From Squalus acanthias (Eukaryota): a stretch of DNA of 64,000 bases. Below are positions 24,626 to 35,944 of this stretch, one piece after another (position 1 is the stretch's first letter; every line of letters begins with the position of its first letter). The notes under the pieces are model-generated. The model was not told the DNA's origin, did no database searches, and saw only the letters and a list, made by a program, of their open reading frames with translations. The translations under genes and the position numbers were made by a program. The stretch lies in assembly GCA_030390025.1 (NCBI GenBank), contig CM059433.1, positions 4,588,001-4,652,000 on the forward strand, read 5' to 3'.

Positions 24626-25623
24626 CCACCACAAAGGCATATAATATGATGCTACAATGGAGTGCAGGGTCTGGAAGCCTAGTCAAGCGAAAGTAAAATT
24701 TCAGGGTAAGTTAATGTGATTATCAGCAGAGGTTAGGTTTAAGAAGCATAACCCTCTGCCTGGGAATTCACTGCTCCATTGACAGAAAGGAGGGCAATGA
24801 CATTAAAAAGGTCATTGCAAATAATAATCATTAAGATTTAATGGCGCTGGACATGGCTGTTACCTACAGTTCTCTTCACAGTAAGTTCTTGATCTGGGTC
24901 AAGCCTTCAAGAGTCCGTATTCCCTCTAGGGAAGGAAGGAGAGAATTCACTGAGGCTAGTTACAGAGGAAACACTGGCTACGGTTTATAGGCAGATCGCC
25001 TGCTCAGCCTTTCGCTTGGGGGAATGGGTGTGCAATGCAGGGATCTTAAAAGAGTCCAAAAAGTAGAATGTCGTGCAGAGGGCAAACCACCACTTTATAA
25101 TCACCTACGTACATTCTGGTGTCCTTTTCAACCAATTTAGGTCACCTTCACTTTCAAAATTGACTACTTTGCTGCAATTTCTTTCATTTTGTGAATTAAC
25201 AGCCCTTTTTGATAACTTCAACCAGTTTCTAACTTATCGCCCACCCCCACAAAACAAGTGATCCCTTGTCACATGTGAGCCATGTTTACCGGCTATTCCA
25301 CGGGATGGGGCAACACATAAGCCCAGTCCTGGTGTTATCTGCATGTTCCAACAAAGGGCACTGGCTAACAATAAGGATCAGAAGCCTTGGCTGATCTTGC
25401 CCTCTCTAGTCCAAGGTCCCTTACTGCTTGCCCGACTCAGGAAAGCTAACTCAGGAAGGAAAGATGGAATATTTTCTTTTTCAATTGTTTTATTGATCCT
25501 TTAACCTCAGAATTCCAAGGATCAGCAAAAAAGGATGCTGGTTCCTTATGCTATCAACTCCATTGTAGCAACACTGAAGAGCACTTAAATATTAGGAATG
25601 GCAAACACATCAGTAACATTTAC

Positions 25624-25810
25624 ATTGTTGCAAGGTGAAGGCCAATGGATCTCATTATAGGGGCTGATGTGGGTCTGTTGAGTTTGAAAAGCGAAGGGGA
25701 AGGACGTAACTTGGAGTGTTAACACATTCAGTGCTTCTTTCATTTCTTTGCAGTTTACGATTCTATCAGCCAGGCCCAGAAATGGTTCACTTTGTGGAAA
25801 AGCTCCCCCA
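25624..25810 (-). CDS. GREB1: GREB1 coding exon, 187 nt, phase 2-0
   Basis: ttttag|T...AAT|gtaaat; GLADRIVNCKEMKEALNVLTLQVTSFPFAFQTQQTHISPYNEIHWPSPCNN. Confidence 0.95.
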
Positions 25811-26405
25811 CTAAAAAGCAAGACAAAAATACAAGAATGAGAACGGACGAGGTCATTCAAGAAATACATAAACACAGATGCAGAAAACTGCTATGAGAGA
25901 ACATCACTTGATACCAGCAAGTCCCAGGGAAGCCGAGAACAGAAAAAAATAAATGCTGGCTCATTGTTTAAAGTGTAAAGAGTAAAAAGGCACCAGAGGT
26001 AAGTGAAACCACCATGAGTTATTTTATAAGTTAAAAGTTAATTAAAGTACTGAAATGCCACGTGCACTGTATCTGTGTTGAGCAACTGTCCACACAATGG
26101 GAAATCCATTTGTCTTTCATTTTAACCAATCCCCAAGCAGTTGTGTGGCAACAGTGCACGGCAGGGAGATGAGCCCTCCGCTTACAAGGCTCATTAGTAC
26201 TGTTACTGCCTCGACACACTTCACAACCATCAGCAATCTAATTCCACTAGAAGTGGTAACCAGTTCAATCAGGGACTGGCCGAGTGAGTGATTCCTGGCA
26301 GCTGAAAGTCTGCACCTTCCCCCCCGACCCTCAGGCAATGACGTTGACAAACGTGTGATGTGACTTTACTTATTCTACATACCGCCACACAAGAGAACAT
26401 AGAAT

Positions 26406-27145
26406 GGCCCTTCATTTCCGACAGGAGGTTTCCTGCGTGCGGAGGCCTCCTATCGGGAAAAATTCTATGTCCTTAACTGAGGGCTCCCGAGGTCCGGACA
26501 TTTCCGTTCCTGGGCCTCTCCACAGTCGAAGTGCGCAGGGCCCACGTCTCCCAGGGGCGCAGGCGGTTCGCAAGCGTCCCTGGGATCACGTGGGCCAGGC
26601 CAGCCAATGAAAGAAGAGAATCCCCCTTCATACTTTTGACAGATAGACCCAGATAGACACTAAAACATTAAATAAATTTTTTAAAAGCCATCACGTTTTT
26701 AAAACGAGTTAAAATTACATTAAATCAAATATTTTAAACAAAAATTGAATTTTTTGAAAAAAATAATTAAGGTTTTTTACAGGGCTAAAAATAAACTTAT
26801 CTTTTTTTAAAAAAAAGTATTTTAAAATGATAAATGAGTGAACATTTTTTTCCAAAATTTTTTTTTAAACTCTTATGCTGGTAAAAGCAGGCCTTACACC
26901 AGCTTTTACCAGGCGTAAGATTGCGAAGGGTTTTCAGCGGGCGGAGGTTCTGCAGAAAGTGGAACTATCCGCCCGCAGAGGCCCTTCTCCAGGGCAGGCG
27001 TCCGATCTGTCAAGAGCATTCTTGACAGATCGGAAATGCCGGTTTTCAGCGCATGCGCTTGGCATGACTCAAACCGGCATTTCTGATGTCCCTACGGGTG
27101 CGTACACAGCGCGTACCCACCCGTAGGGATCGGAAAATACGGGCC
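26406..27145 (+). mobile_element. Hairpin-rich Harbinger-type MITE (subfamily 1)
   Basis: ggcccttcatttccga...tcggaaaatacgggcc termini; colinear with the 7131 and 59830 copies. Confidence 0.9.
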
Positions 27146-27364
27146 GAAACAATTCACCACATTCCTTAGCACACGTGACCAGATCAATTAATTAGCTCTA
27201 TTGTCGTCAGTTCTCCTGCTCAGCCCCCATTCCTTATGATGTTCCCACTGCAGGGCTCACACCCCAGCTGCTTTTACACAGGTTTGACCACTCGGGGATT
27301 CTGAAATTGCCTGTTGCGTGTTTTAAGTGGCAATATAGAGGCAGCTTTTTAAAAAATATATATT

Positions 27365-28126
27365 GGCCCAGAAATTCGCCTCTCCGGCTTGCCGCGGGGG
27401 TAAGGATCGCGCGCGCACTTACCTACCGCGCCTGCCGTTGACCTCTGGGCCCACGGGGACTTCAGCTCCTGGGCCTGCTCCAAGTGCCGGCGCGCAGTGC
27501 TTGCGTGTCCCAGGGGCGCAGTTAGTGCGATGCGTCCCCTGGGATCATGTGGGCCATGGAGAGCCAATGGCAGCAGACCATCTTTCATTCATAGATTTGA
27601 CAGGAAGACCTGTCAAATCTATGAAAAATCGGCCCCAAAAGAACAGCTAAACTTCAAATACATTTTTTTTAAAACCATCACATTTTTAAAATAACTATAA
27701 GTTAAATAAATTAACTACTTTAAACAAAAATTTAAATTTTTGAAAAAATTAAAATACTTTTTAACAGTGCTAAAAATAAACTTACCTTTCTTTAAAGTAT
27801 CTAAAAAAGATAAACCTGTTGAAATTTTTTTTAAATTATAATTAATTAACCACTTACCTTGTTGAAAACAGGCCTTGCGCCTCCTTTTTAAAAGCGCAGC
27901 TTCTTCATACTTACCTTCCCGGAGAAACCTGAAAAAAAACCTAAGTTTGCTGCGTGCGCGCAGCCTCTCCCGCGCACGCGGTTCACCTCTGAACCCCTCC
28001 CTTCACCAGACCGGAAGTTCCGGTTTCCTGCGCATGCGCCGTGCATGCAGGAAACCGGCACTTCAGGAGGCCTTACAGGTGAGTACACAGCGCGTACTCA
28101 CCCGGCAAGTGCCGAATTTTTGGCCT
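27365..28126 (+). mobile_element. Hairpin-rich Harbinger-type MITE (subfamily 2)
   Basis: ATT|ggcccagaaattcg...cgaatttttggcct|ATT. Confidence 0.92.
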
Positions 28127-28376
28127 ATTGTTTATCAAACTCTTCAACACACAATATTAAAATAAAAGGCCACTGGATTGCTGGTACAAACTGTCAACTG
28201 ACACACAGCAGCAACTTGGAAAAACTGGTGTATCTGATGAAAGAACGGTTACGTGAACTTTGATCTATTGCAGCCAGACTGCTGCCTTTACATGCTCCAG
28301 AGGGTTGACTTTAACCCTACCCGCCCAGCGACTGGCAAAAGGCAGTGGGGTCCTCCTTTAAATATGCAAATATAAT

Positions 28377-29130
28377 GGCCCAGAAATTGATCCGGCTGCG
28401 CGAGAGTACGCACAGTGTACACTCGCGCAGCCAGACTTCAATTGCCGGTTTTCAGCATGCACTGCGCATGCACTGAAAACCGGCAATTGATGGAAGTGAA
28501 AGGGGGCGGGTCCTCAGTGCACCGCGTGCGCGCTACAGGCTGCGCGCACGCAGTGCACTTCATCGCTTGCGCACGCAGGTAAGTATTGAAGATTCTGGAA
28601 AAGTAAAAAGCAGGCGCAGGAGCCTCTTTTAACCAGGTAAGTACATAATTAAGTAGTATTTAGAATTTTTTTTTACAGGTAAATCTTTAGTAGCGACTTT
28701 AAAGACAGGTAAGTTTATTTTTATAACATTTTAAAAGATTTAAAATTTTTTCAAAAATTTATTTTTTTGTTTAAAAAGGTTAATTTATTTAATTACACTT
28801 ATTTTAATAATGTGATGGTTTTTTTTTTTAATTTAATGGAGGTTTAGCTCTTCTTTTGGGGGCTTGTTGTATTCCTAGTTTTCACAGCAGTTCAATGGCC
28901 GCTGTGAATTCTATGAATGAGAGCTTGGTGTGCTGCCATTGGCTGTAACTCAGTCACGTGATCCCACAGTGCACTCGAACTAACTCCGCACTGTGGAATC
29001 ACGATGCACTCGCAGCTGATGGCTGGAACATGAAGTTCCAGCGAGCTGGGACTGAAAAAGCCAAGGCGCAGTGAGACATCGCGGGAAGGGCTTACCCTCG
29101 CACGAACCCTCACACTGCAATTTCTGGGCC
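28377..29130 (-). mobile_element. Hairpin-rich Harbinger-type MITE (subfamily 3)
   Basis: AAT|ggcccagaaattg...caatttctgggcc|AAT; perfect 13-bp TIR. Confidence 0.92.
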
Positions 29131-30066
29131 AATATATCCAAGTTTGCTGATGATACAAAGCTGGGTGGGAATGTAAGTTGTGAGGAGGATGCAAGGAGGC
29201 TTCAAGGGGATATAAACAGGCTAAGTGAGTGGGCAAGAACATGGCAAATGGAATATAATGTGGAGAAATGTGAAGTTATCCACTTTGGTAGGAAAAATAG
29301 AAAAGCAGAGTATTTTTTAAATGGTGAGAGATTGGGAAATGTTGGTGCTCAGAGGGACCTGGGTGTCCTTGTAGACGAATCACTGAAAGTTAACATGCAG
29401 GTACAGCAAGCAATTAGGAAAGCAAATGGTATGTTGGCCTTTATTACAAGACGATTTGAGTATAAGAGTAAAGACGTCTTACTGCAATTATATAGGGCCC
29501 TAGTGAGACCACACCTGGAGTATTGTGTACAGTTTTGGTCTCCTTACCTCAAGAAGGATATACTTGCCATAGAGAGAGTGCAACGAAGGTTCACCAGACT
29601 GATTCCTAGGATGGGGGGATTATCCTATGAGGAGAGATTGAGTAGGCTAGGCCTATATTCTCTAGAGTTTAGAAGAATGAGAGGTGATCTCATTGAAACA
29701 TACAAAATTCTTACAGGGCTTGACAGGGTAGATGCAGGGAGGATGTTTCCCCTGGCTGGGGAGTCTAGAACCAGGAGTCACAGTCTCAGAATAAGGGGTC
29801 GGCCATTTAGGACTGAGATGAGGAGAACTTTCTTCACTCAGAGGGTGGTGAATCTTTGGAATTCTCTACCCCAGAGGGCTGTGGAGACTCAGTCGTTGAG
29901 TATATTCAAGACAGAGATCGATAGATTTTAGAATATTAAGGGAATCCAAGGCATATGAGGATACTGCAGGAAAGTGGAGATGAGGTCGATGATCAGCCAT
30001 GATCTTACTGAATGGCGGAGCAGGCTCGAGGGGCCGAATGGCCGACTCCTGCTCCTATTTCTTATT
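29131..30066 (+). mobile_element. CR1 LINE 3' fragment (RT from the FADD motif to the tail)
   Basis: NISKFADDTKLGG...LQGDINRLSEWARTWQMEYNVEKC...[13 protein letters not shown]...WNSLPQR. Confidence 0.96.
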
Positions 30067-30860
30067 ATCAGGCTCTGAGGATGTCATCGGGGCCTGACTG
30101 CAATTTTCAGCCGATGCCTGTGCTGGGGCTTCCCTACCAGGCCAAACAAGGCGGCAAGCAGATCCGGGGCTAAGAGAGGCCCAGAAACAGAAGCAATTTT
30201 TAATCTTTTGTGTTTCCCTGTGGGCCAGGAGGAGCCGGAGTACTCCTCCAGGCCCGACAAGGAAACCTTGGGCCTCCCCTGCACCAGGCCTCCCACCCAC
30301 CACTGCTCTCCTGACACCTTTCCTAAATACTCACCTGTTCCTTTGGGTCCCCGTGCGTGGCGTACCGCAGCCAGGAATGCCGATCCTGCCCGCCGGCTAG
30401 CTAGTCCTTCCTGCCGGGTTTGGGCAGGAGACTGATGGGTTCCCACGCAGATGAGACCCTTGAGTTCGAACCTCATTTCCCATCTGCCTTGGCCCCCGCC
30501 TGCACGGCTCCCGCTGGGTGTTAAAATCGAGGCTCAGGTGTCTCAGACTGAATTATGCCTCTCATCTGGGACGCCCTGTGGTATAGTAGCAAACGATTTA
30601 AAACAGAAAGATCCCAGGTTCAATCCCCGGCCTCTGATGATTTGGCCAATTTCTGTCAGCGTTTCCAGACCAGGGAGTTGAAGATTAGTTTGTATTGTTT
30701 CCCCAGAATTTGTTTAATTCTTGCTGCGTACCAAAGAAATGTTGCTTATTTTAAAGAAATGAGAAAGTAAATAAAAGCAACAATTATGAAATAAAGAAAA
30801 ATTATTTATAGCGGCAGAATTATTTTTAAAAGGTAGCAAGGGACAGGTCCAAAAGTCCTA

Positions 30861-31677
30861 GGGGGACAAATTCTGTTGATTAGCGCCTCCCGTTAGCGCC
30901 TCCGGGGGGTGCACTCACATGACGCTAGGAACTTAGCGCTCGGGCGCATTGATTTTAGCGCCGCTCGCGAAACTGACCAGTCGTTTTGCGGCGGCGCTAA
31001 ACACTATCGCCGTGATCTCCTGCGCCCGCAGATCGTGTAATCAGTTGAGCGTGCAACGCCCCGGACCGGATATTGCCGTAGCGCCTGCCGCTAGGAATGA
31101 CAGGTAGAGGGGAACGTTTTCAAGTTGGGAAGGGGCTGGGGGAGCGCTATTTAAAGGCGGGCACTTCCTGTCTTTTCTTGTCTGCAAAATTTTTGGTACA
31201 CACAGGTTGAGAGGGAGAGAGACGTCTGGAGAGATTTAATGCTGTCCTAAGGAGTTTGGCCCTCAGCACCACTTTTGAGGTTCCTAAGCGCTGAGCTCTT
31301 TCCCTGGGCCTCTCCATTAGTGCTTCCAACACAATTGCTTTTGAGGTCTCTCCAGGCTGAGATTCAAGGCTGCAATGAGCAGGGAGTGGCTGGCCAGCAA
31401 GATGGCCCCTCCCCTTTAAGAACTGGACGGCGCCAGTCTGTCTGGCTTCCATGGTAACGGACATCGCCTCAGCTTCGGTAGCGTTCTGAGGTAGCGCCTC
31501 GTTCCCCGACGTTAGCACCTTAAGAGAGGTGTGTAGCGCCTGATTTAACGCTCAAATCACCTCCAGGGGCGATAGAGGCGAATTTTGCAGTCGGAGGCGA
31601 TAATTAGCATCGGGCGCTAAACTTTGCGCCCGGCTGATATTAGCGCCCCAAAATGGGCGATACCGAATTCCTCCCCC
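30861..31677. mobile_element. GC-rich MITE with many AGCGCC/GGCGCT subterminal repeats
   Basis: Termini gggggacaaattc / gaattcctccccc; left end matches the reverse complement of 45955-46006. Confidence 0.7.
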
Positions 31678-31992
31678 CACCCCAATCTTTTTATAAAATG
31701 TCATTCTACAAAACTCTATGGATGTAAAACTGCTCCTATCTTTGAGTTATTGCATGTGCTAATTTCACGTTAAGATATAATTTTTTGCATTGTCAGCTTG
31801 GTTGTGTTGGTATCAGTCTCACCTCTGAGCTAGAAAGTGGAGAGTACAAATCCCACTGCAGAAACTGAGTGCATGAACTGGGCTGACACTCCAGTGCTGA
31901 GGAAGTGCTACACTGTTATCCTCCAGATCAGACATTAAATGAAGGTCTTTCTGCCAATTCCTGTGGTTCAAGTAGAGGTAAGGATCCCATAG

Positions 31993-32092
31993 GATAGCAA
32001 AATACTGCGGATGCTGGAAATCCGAAATAACAACAGAAAACGCTGGAAAAACTCAGCAGGCCAGGCAGCATCCGTGGAGAGAGAAACTGAGT
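31993..32092 (-). mobile_element. 100-bp Penelope-like insert in an old DeuSINE, with a 14-bp target duplication
   Basis: TAAGGATCCCATAG at 31979-31992 and 32093-32106. Confidence 0.85.
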
Positions 32093-32239
32093 TAAGGATC
32101 CCATAGCTTTGTTTGAAAAAACAGAAGGAAGAAGTTGTCAGCCTTGATTCAGGGGTAGCGCAAATGGCAATGGCAGGATGATCGACATCTGCCTTGTGAG
32201 AGAGAGAAAAAGTCTGCCATTCCCATTTACACTTCATCG

Positions 32240-32522
32240 AGAGCCATCTTTTGTTTCTTAACTTGTCCCATTACCATCTCCTTTTGCCCTCGCACCATCA
32301 TCCCTTTCGAATCTTAATCTCTCCTGCCTTCCATCCGATCACAGACCTTCCCTTTTGTTCTTTCCTCCCCTCCCCCCTTTCCCTACACTTGCTTAAAAAC
32401 CTCTTCCATCTCCAGCTTTTTCCAGTTCTGATGCAGGGTCATCGACCTGAAACGTTAACTCTGTTTCTCTCTCCACAGATGCTGCCTGACCTGCTGAGTA
32501 TTTCCAGCATTTTCTGTTTTTA
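32240..32522 (+). mobile_element. Penelope-like terminal repeat with hammerhead motif (32424-32460)
   Basis: Pyrimidine-rich leader, then AGTT-CTGATGc-agggtc atc gacct-GAAA-CGTT-AACT. Confidence 0.75.
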
Positions 32523-33154
32523 TATCACTAAAAAAAATTATCTGTCCATTTAACTAATTGCTGTTTGTGGGACCTTGCAAAAGTTGGCTAACAAGTTTCC
32601 CTCCATTATAACAGTAACGACACTTAATTGGCTGTGAAGAGCTGTGTTATGTCCTGAGGCCATGAAAGATTCGATATAAATGCGAGTTATTTCATTCTCC
32701 CTCCTAGTGTCCTGGATTCCTCACTGGACCAACAGCACCAAAACAAATTAACTGGTCATTCATCTCATCGTTTGTTTGTGAAATTTTCTTTTGTACAAAT
32801 TGATTGCCAGATTTACCTACAGAAAAATAGTCAGTGTAATTAATAGTTTGTGAAGCATTTTGAGATATTTCTAAAAGACAGGCTAAGATATTGTACAAGT
32901 TTTCTTTTTGGTATTAATGGGGCAGCTGTTAATTTTTACCCACAGTTCTAAAGTTGCTCCTGGGAGTAGGTTCCTGTAATGCACTGACAGTATTTTTGCT
33001 TATTAAGGCCTTGTTAAGGAGTCACTGCAGAGTTTCCCCCTAAATCCCTCGGGCTCAACTTAAAGTGCCTGTATGGCACCTGTTCAGAAACGCCATCAGA
33101 GTGGGGTAAGGAATGGGAAGGTGGGTAAATTGACCTGAAACCGACAAATACATT

Positions 33155-34015
33155 GGGCGCGATCTCGCCAGCCCTGGGGAGGCGGGTTTGGAGGCAGGAC
33201 TACCGGGAAAATGGCAGAATCTGGGAGCAGGTACCAAACCCGCCCCCATCCCGTCCCCAACCCACCTCCGTGCCATCTTCCCAGGAGGCGGGTAGCCGAC
33301 TCGCCCTGGGACCCGTCTCCTCGAGGTGGAAAGGGGATTACAGCCACTTAACTGCCTGTTAACAGGTAGTTAACAGGCAGTTAAGAGGATTATCCCCATT
33401 TTACCAACACAAGTGCGGGCTTCCTGACGTCGGGAATCCCCGCCAGGGTCACCGAGGTGAGCAGTGGGTCTGCGGGGGTGAGAGGGATCGAAAAGTGCGC
33501 GATGGAGGTGAATGATGGGTGCAAGTGTGGAGAGGTAAGTATGTGAGGTGAGTGAAAAGTAATGGAAAAAGTTTCCTTACCTTTGTTTCTTCCTGCAGGC
33601 TTCAATCGTTGGGGATCTGGAGGCTCCGGCATCTCAATGGCAGAGATGACAGAATGGTTGCTGCATTCTCTGATGCAACAGCCATCTGATTTCTGCTCAG
33701 GAGAGGTTTGGTGAGTCTTGAGTACAAGAACTCACCAAAGAACAGAGAATGTCAGTGTTTGACAGCTTCTCAAAGCTGTCAAACGATGACAATTCATCTG
33801 TCAAAAATTTGACAGATGAAACATCATACGCTGACGTTCTCTGTCACCGGTTTTCCCTCAATTTGCCGGCTAAGCCCACAGAGCGGGCTTAACAAGGTCA
33901 ATCAAGGGAAAATAGCGTGGGTTGGCCGGACGTCGTTGGGGGCGGGACTGAAACCCGACAAGCAGCAGTCCCGCCCCCAACGTGCCCCATTGATTAAATT
34001 CCCCCCCCCCCCCCC
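33155..34015 (+). mobile_element. Non-autonomous Harbinger-type element (same family as 40963-41693)
   Basis: ATT|gggcgcgatctcgcca...aaattccccc|ATT; colinear with the second copy. Confidence 0.8.
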
Positions 34016-35167
34016 ATTATGTGAGAATGGAGAAGCTAAATGAAGATAAATACAAAGGCCTAGAAATTAGATAAAGCCCGAAAACGGGCGGGGCATCACC
34101 AACACTATTTGCCTGCGCCCGTTCAAAGTGCTGCGGGAAGAACGCACAATTCGTGCTGCCTGCTCATTTACATAATTGTAGCACTGATCTCCGCGCTAAA
34201 CGTGCTGCTGATTGGCTTAACGCTCAACAGGGGGGCCAATATCAGGTGCAGTCTACTGGCCAATAAAATTTTCCGAGGCTCTCTCCACTACTTAAAGGGG
34301 AGGTGCTTTGTTGCAGAAGCATCTCATTGTCAGCTGAAAGGGAGCCATGGTCCAACAGTCGGGGGAAAGGGCAAGACGATTTTCTGATCCGACACTGGAA
34401 GCCTTGGTCCTTGGGGGGGGGGGGGTCCAAAGATGCTGTGAGGTCCTCTACTTGCAGGGGGACAGGTGGCCTTCAAGGATAACCACAAGGAGGATCTGGG
34501 AGGAGATCGCGCGATCCGTCACTGTGACAAGTATTGTCCCCAGGACTTTGATCCAGTGCCGCAAAAATTTTAATGACCTCACACGAGTGGTCAAGGTCAG
34601 TAAATGCATCAGTAAATGCCATATCCCCATCATCTGCACCACTAGCCTCACATACTGCTCAATGCACCACACCCCCATCACTCAGCTACCAACAATCTCT
34701 AGCTATCACCACTCAGACCTCACAATCATAGCTTCACCACACCCTCACACACTTACCACTGCGGCAACACTCACACCCACATCTCACACCTTGCACATAC
34801 TGTCAGCTATTCAACTATGGCAGGCACATCACCCAAACACATTGCACCACACTCACTGACGCACGTCCCTTTCTCTTGCAGGTCAAGGTGGCTCACAACA
34901 AGAGGGAGCAACAACAGACGGGAGGCGGCCAAGCCACAATTGAGAACCTGACGGACGTCGAGGAACCTGTCCTTGAAATCATTACATGGATATCTTCCTT
35001 TCCCCCCTCTCCCCTCAGCACAACCCAACCCTTGTGCCTTCTTTTTTCAGACACCCAAGAACTCCAACCTGGTCAGCCTGTCCCTGAATTTCTGGAGAAG
35101 ACGACACCGTTGCTGCATCTGACACCAGCTCAGAAAATGGCACTGCACCGAATGTAGAAGGTAGTAT

Positions 35168-35944
35168 TGTAAGAAATAGCTGTTAGATTCAAAGATGGGT
35201 TTTAATTCTTAGAACAGAGACTGACAACATGCAGCCAGGAACAGATAGTAGAAATGCCAGCAAGGTCGAATAACAAGCATCAAAAGACAAATAGAAGCGA
35301 TAAGGGAATCGTAAAATGCAAAACAACACAGGGTGGGGGATAATAGACAAAAATGGAGCCGAAAATCATAAAATGTCCTTAAAAAAACATAACAAAACAT
35401 TCCTCAGAAAGATAAGAGGGAGGCCTCGTCAGTCACGCAGAAAGGGATGGCGAGGGATGCTTTCCCACTTCACAATTGGACAATAGGATGGGGGATCAAA
35501 TGATCGACACCAGGTGATTACCAGCCCACCGAAATAACTATAAATATAGACGACCGAGAGAGGAAATCAGGCAGTTCGGGGCGAAGGCTTCCCCGAGGTG
35601 GCTACGGCCCAACACCTTGGTCAAGTTTAGCCTCTGAGGTGGCTGACGGCCTAACACCTCCAACAGCTCGAGGGACGGCCCAACGGAAGTGACCGCTGCA
35701 GCAGACTGCAGGAACCCACCCAATCCGAGACCACCGTACTGCCTCACCATCCGTCCGGTCGTGGCATTCCGATTCGGGAGTCGTAGATCGCTCTCTACTG
35801 TCACGGGTTGTATGTCTATTATACTCCGCTTAAACCACATGTAATATCTAATTATGCTTTAAAACTGTAACTCCTTAATAAAAGCATTGCAACTGCTAAA
35901 ACCCTTTGGGTAATGTGTGTGTGGCCTGTGATCCTATTCTTACA
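35168..35944 (+). mobile_element. Solo LTR, 777 bp (ERV or Gypsy-type)
   Basis: GTAT|TGTAAGAAATAG...CTATTCTTACA|GTAT; TATAAA at 35539; AATAAA at 35877; absent at the matching site of Harbinger copy A2 (about 61825). Confidence 0.9.

Larger units (their letters stand above)
28302..30534. mobile_element. MITE (related to 54367-55067) split by a CR1 and a second MITE
   Basis: Termini gggttgactttaac / gttaaaatcgaggct; the halves ...ttaaatatgcaaat | atcaggctctgaggatgtcatcgggg rejoin to resemble 54510-54560. Confidence 0.6.

Noticed and set aside
29071..29931. 286-aa ORF as a host gene or active LINE
   Set aside because: 5'-truncated CR1 RT fragment whose start is borrowed from a MITE.
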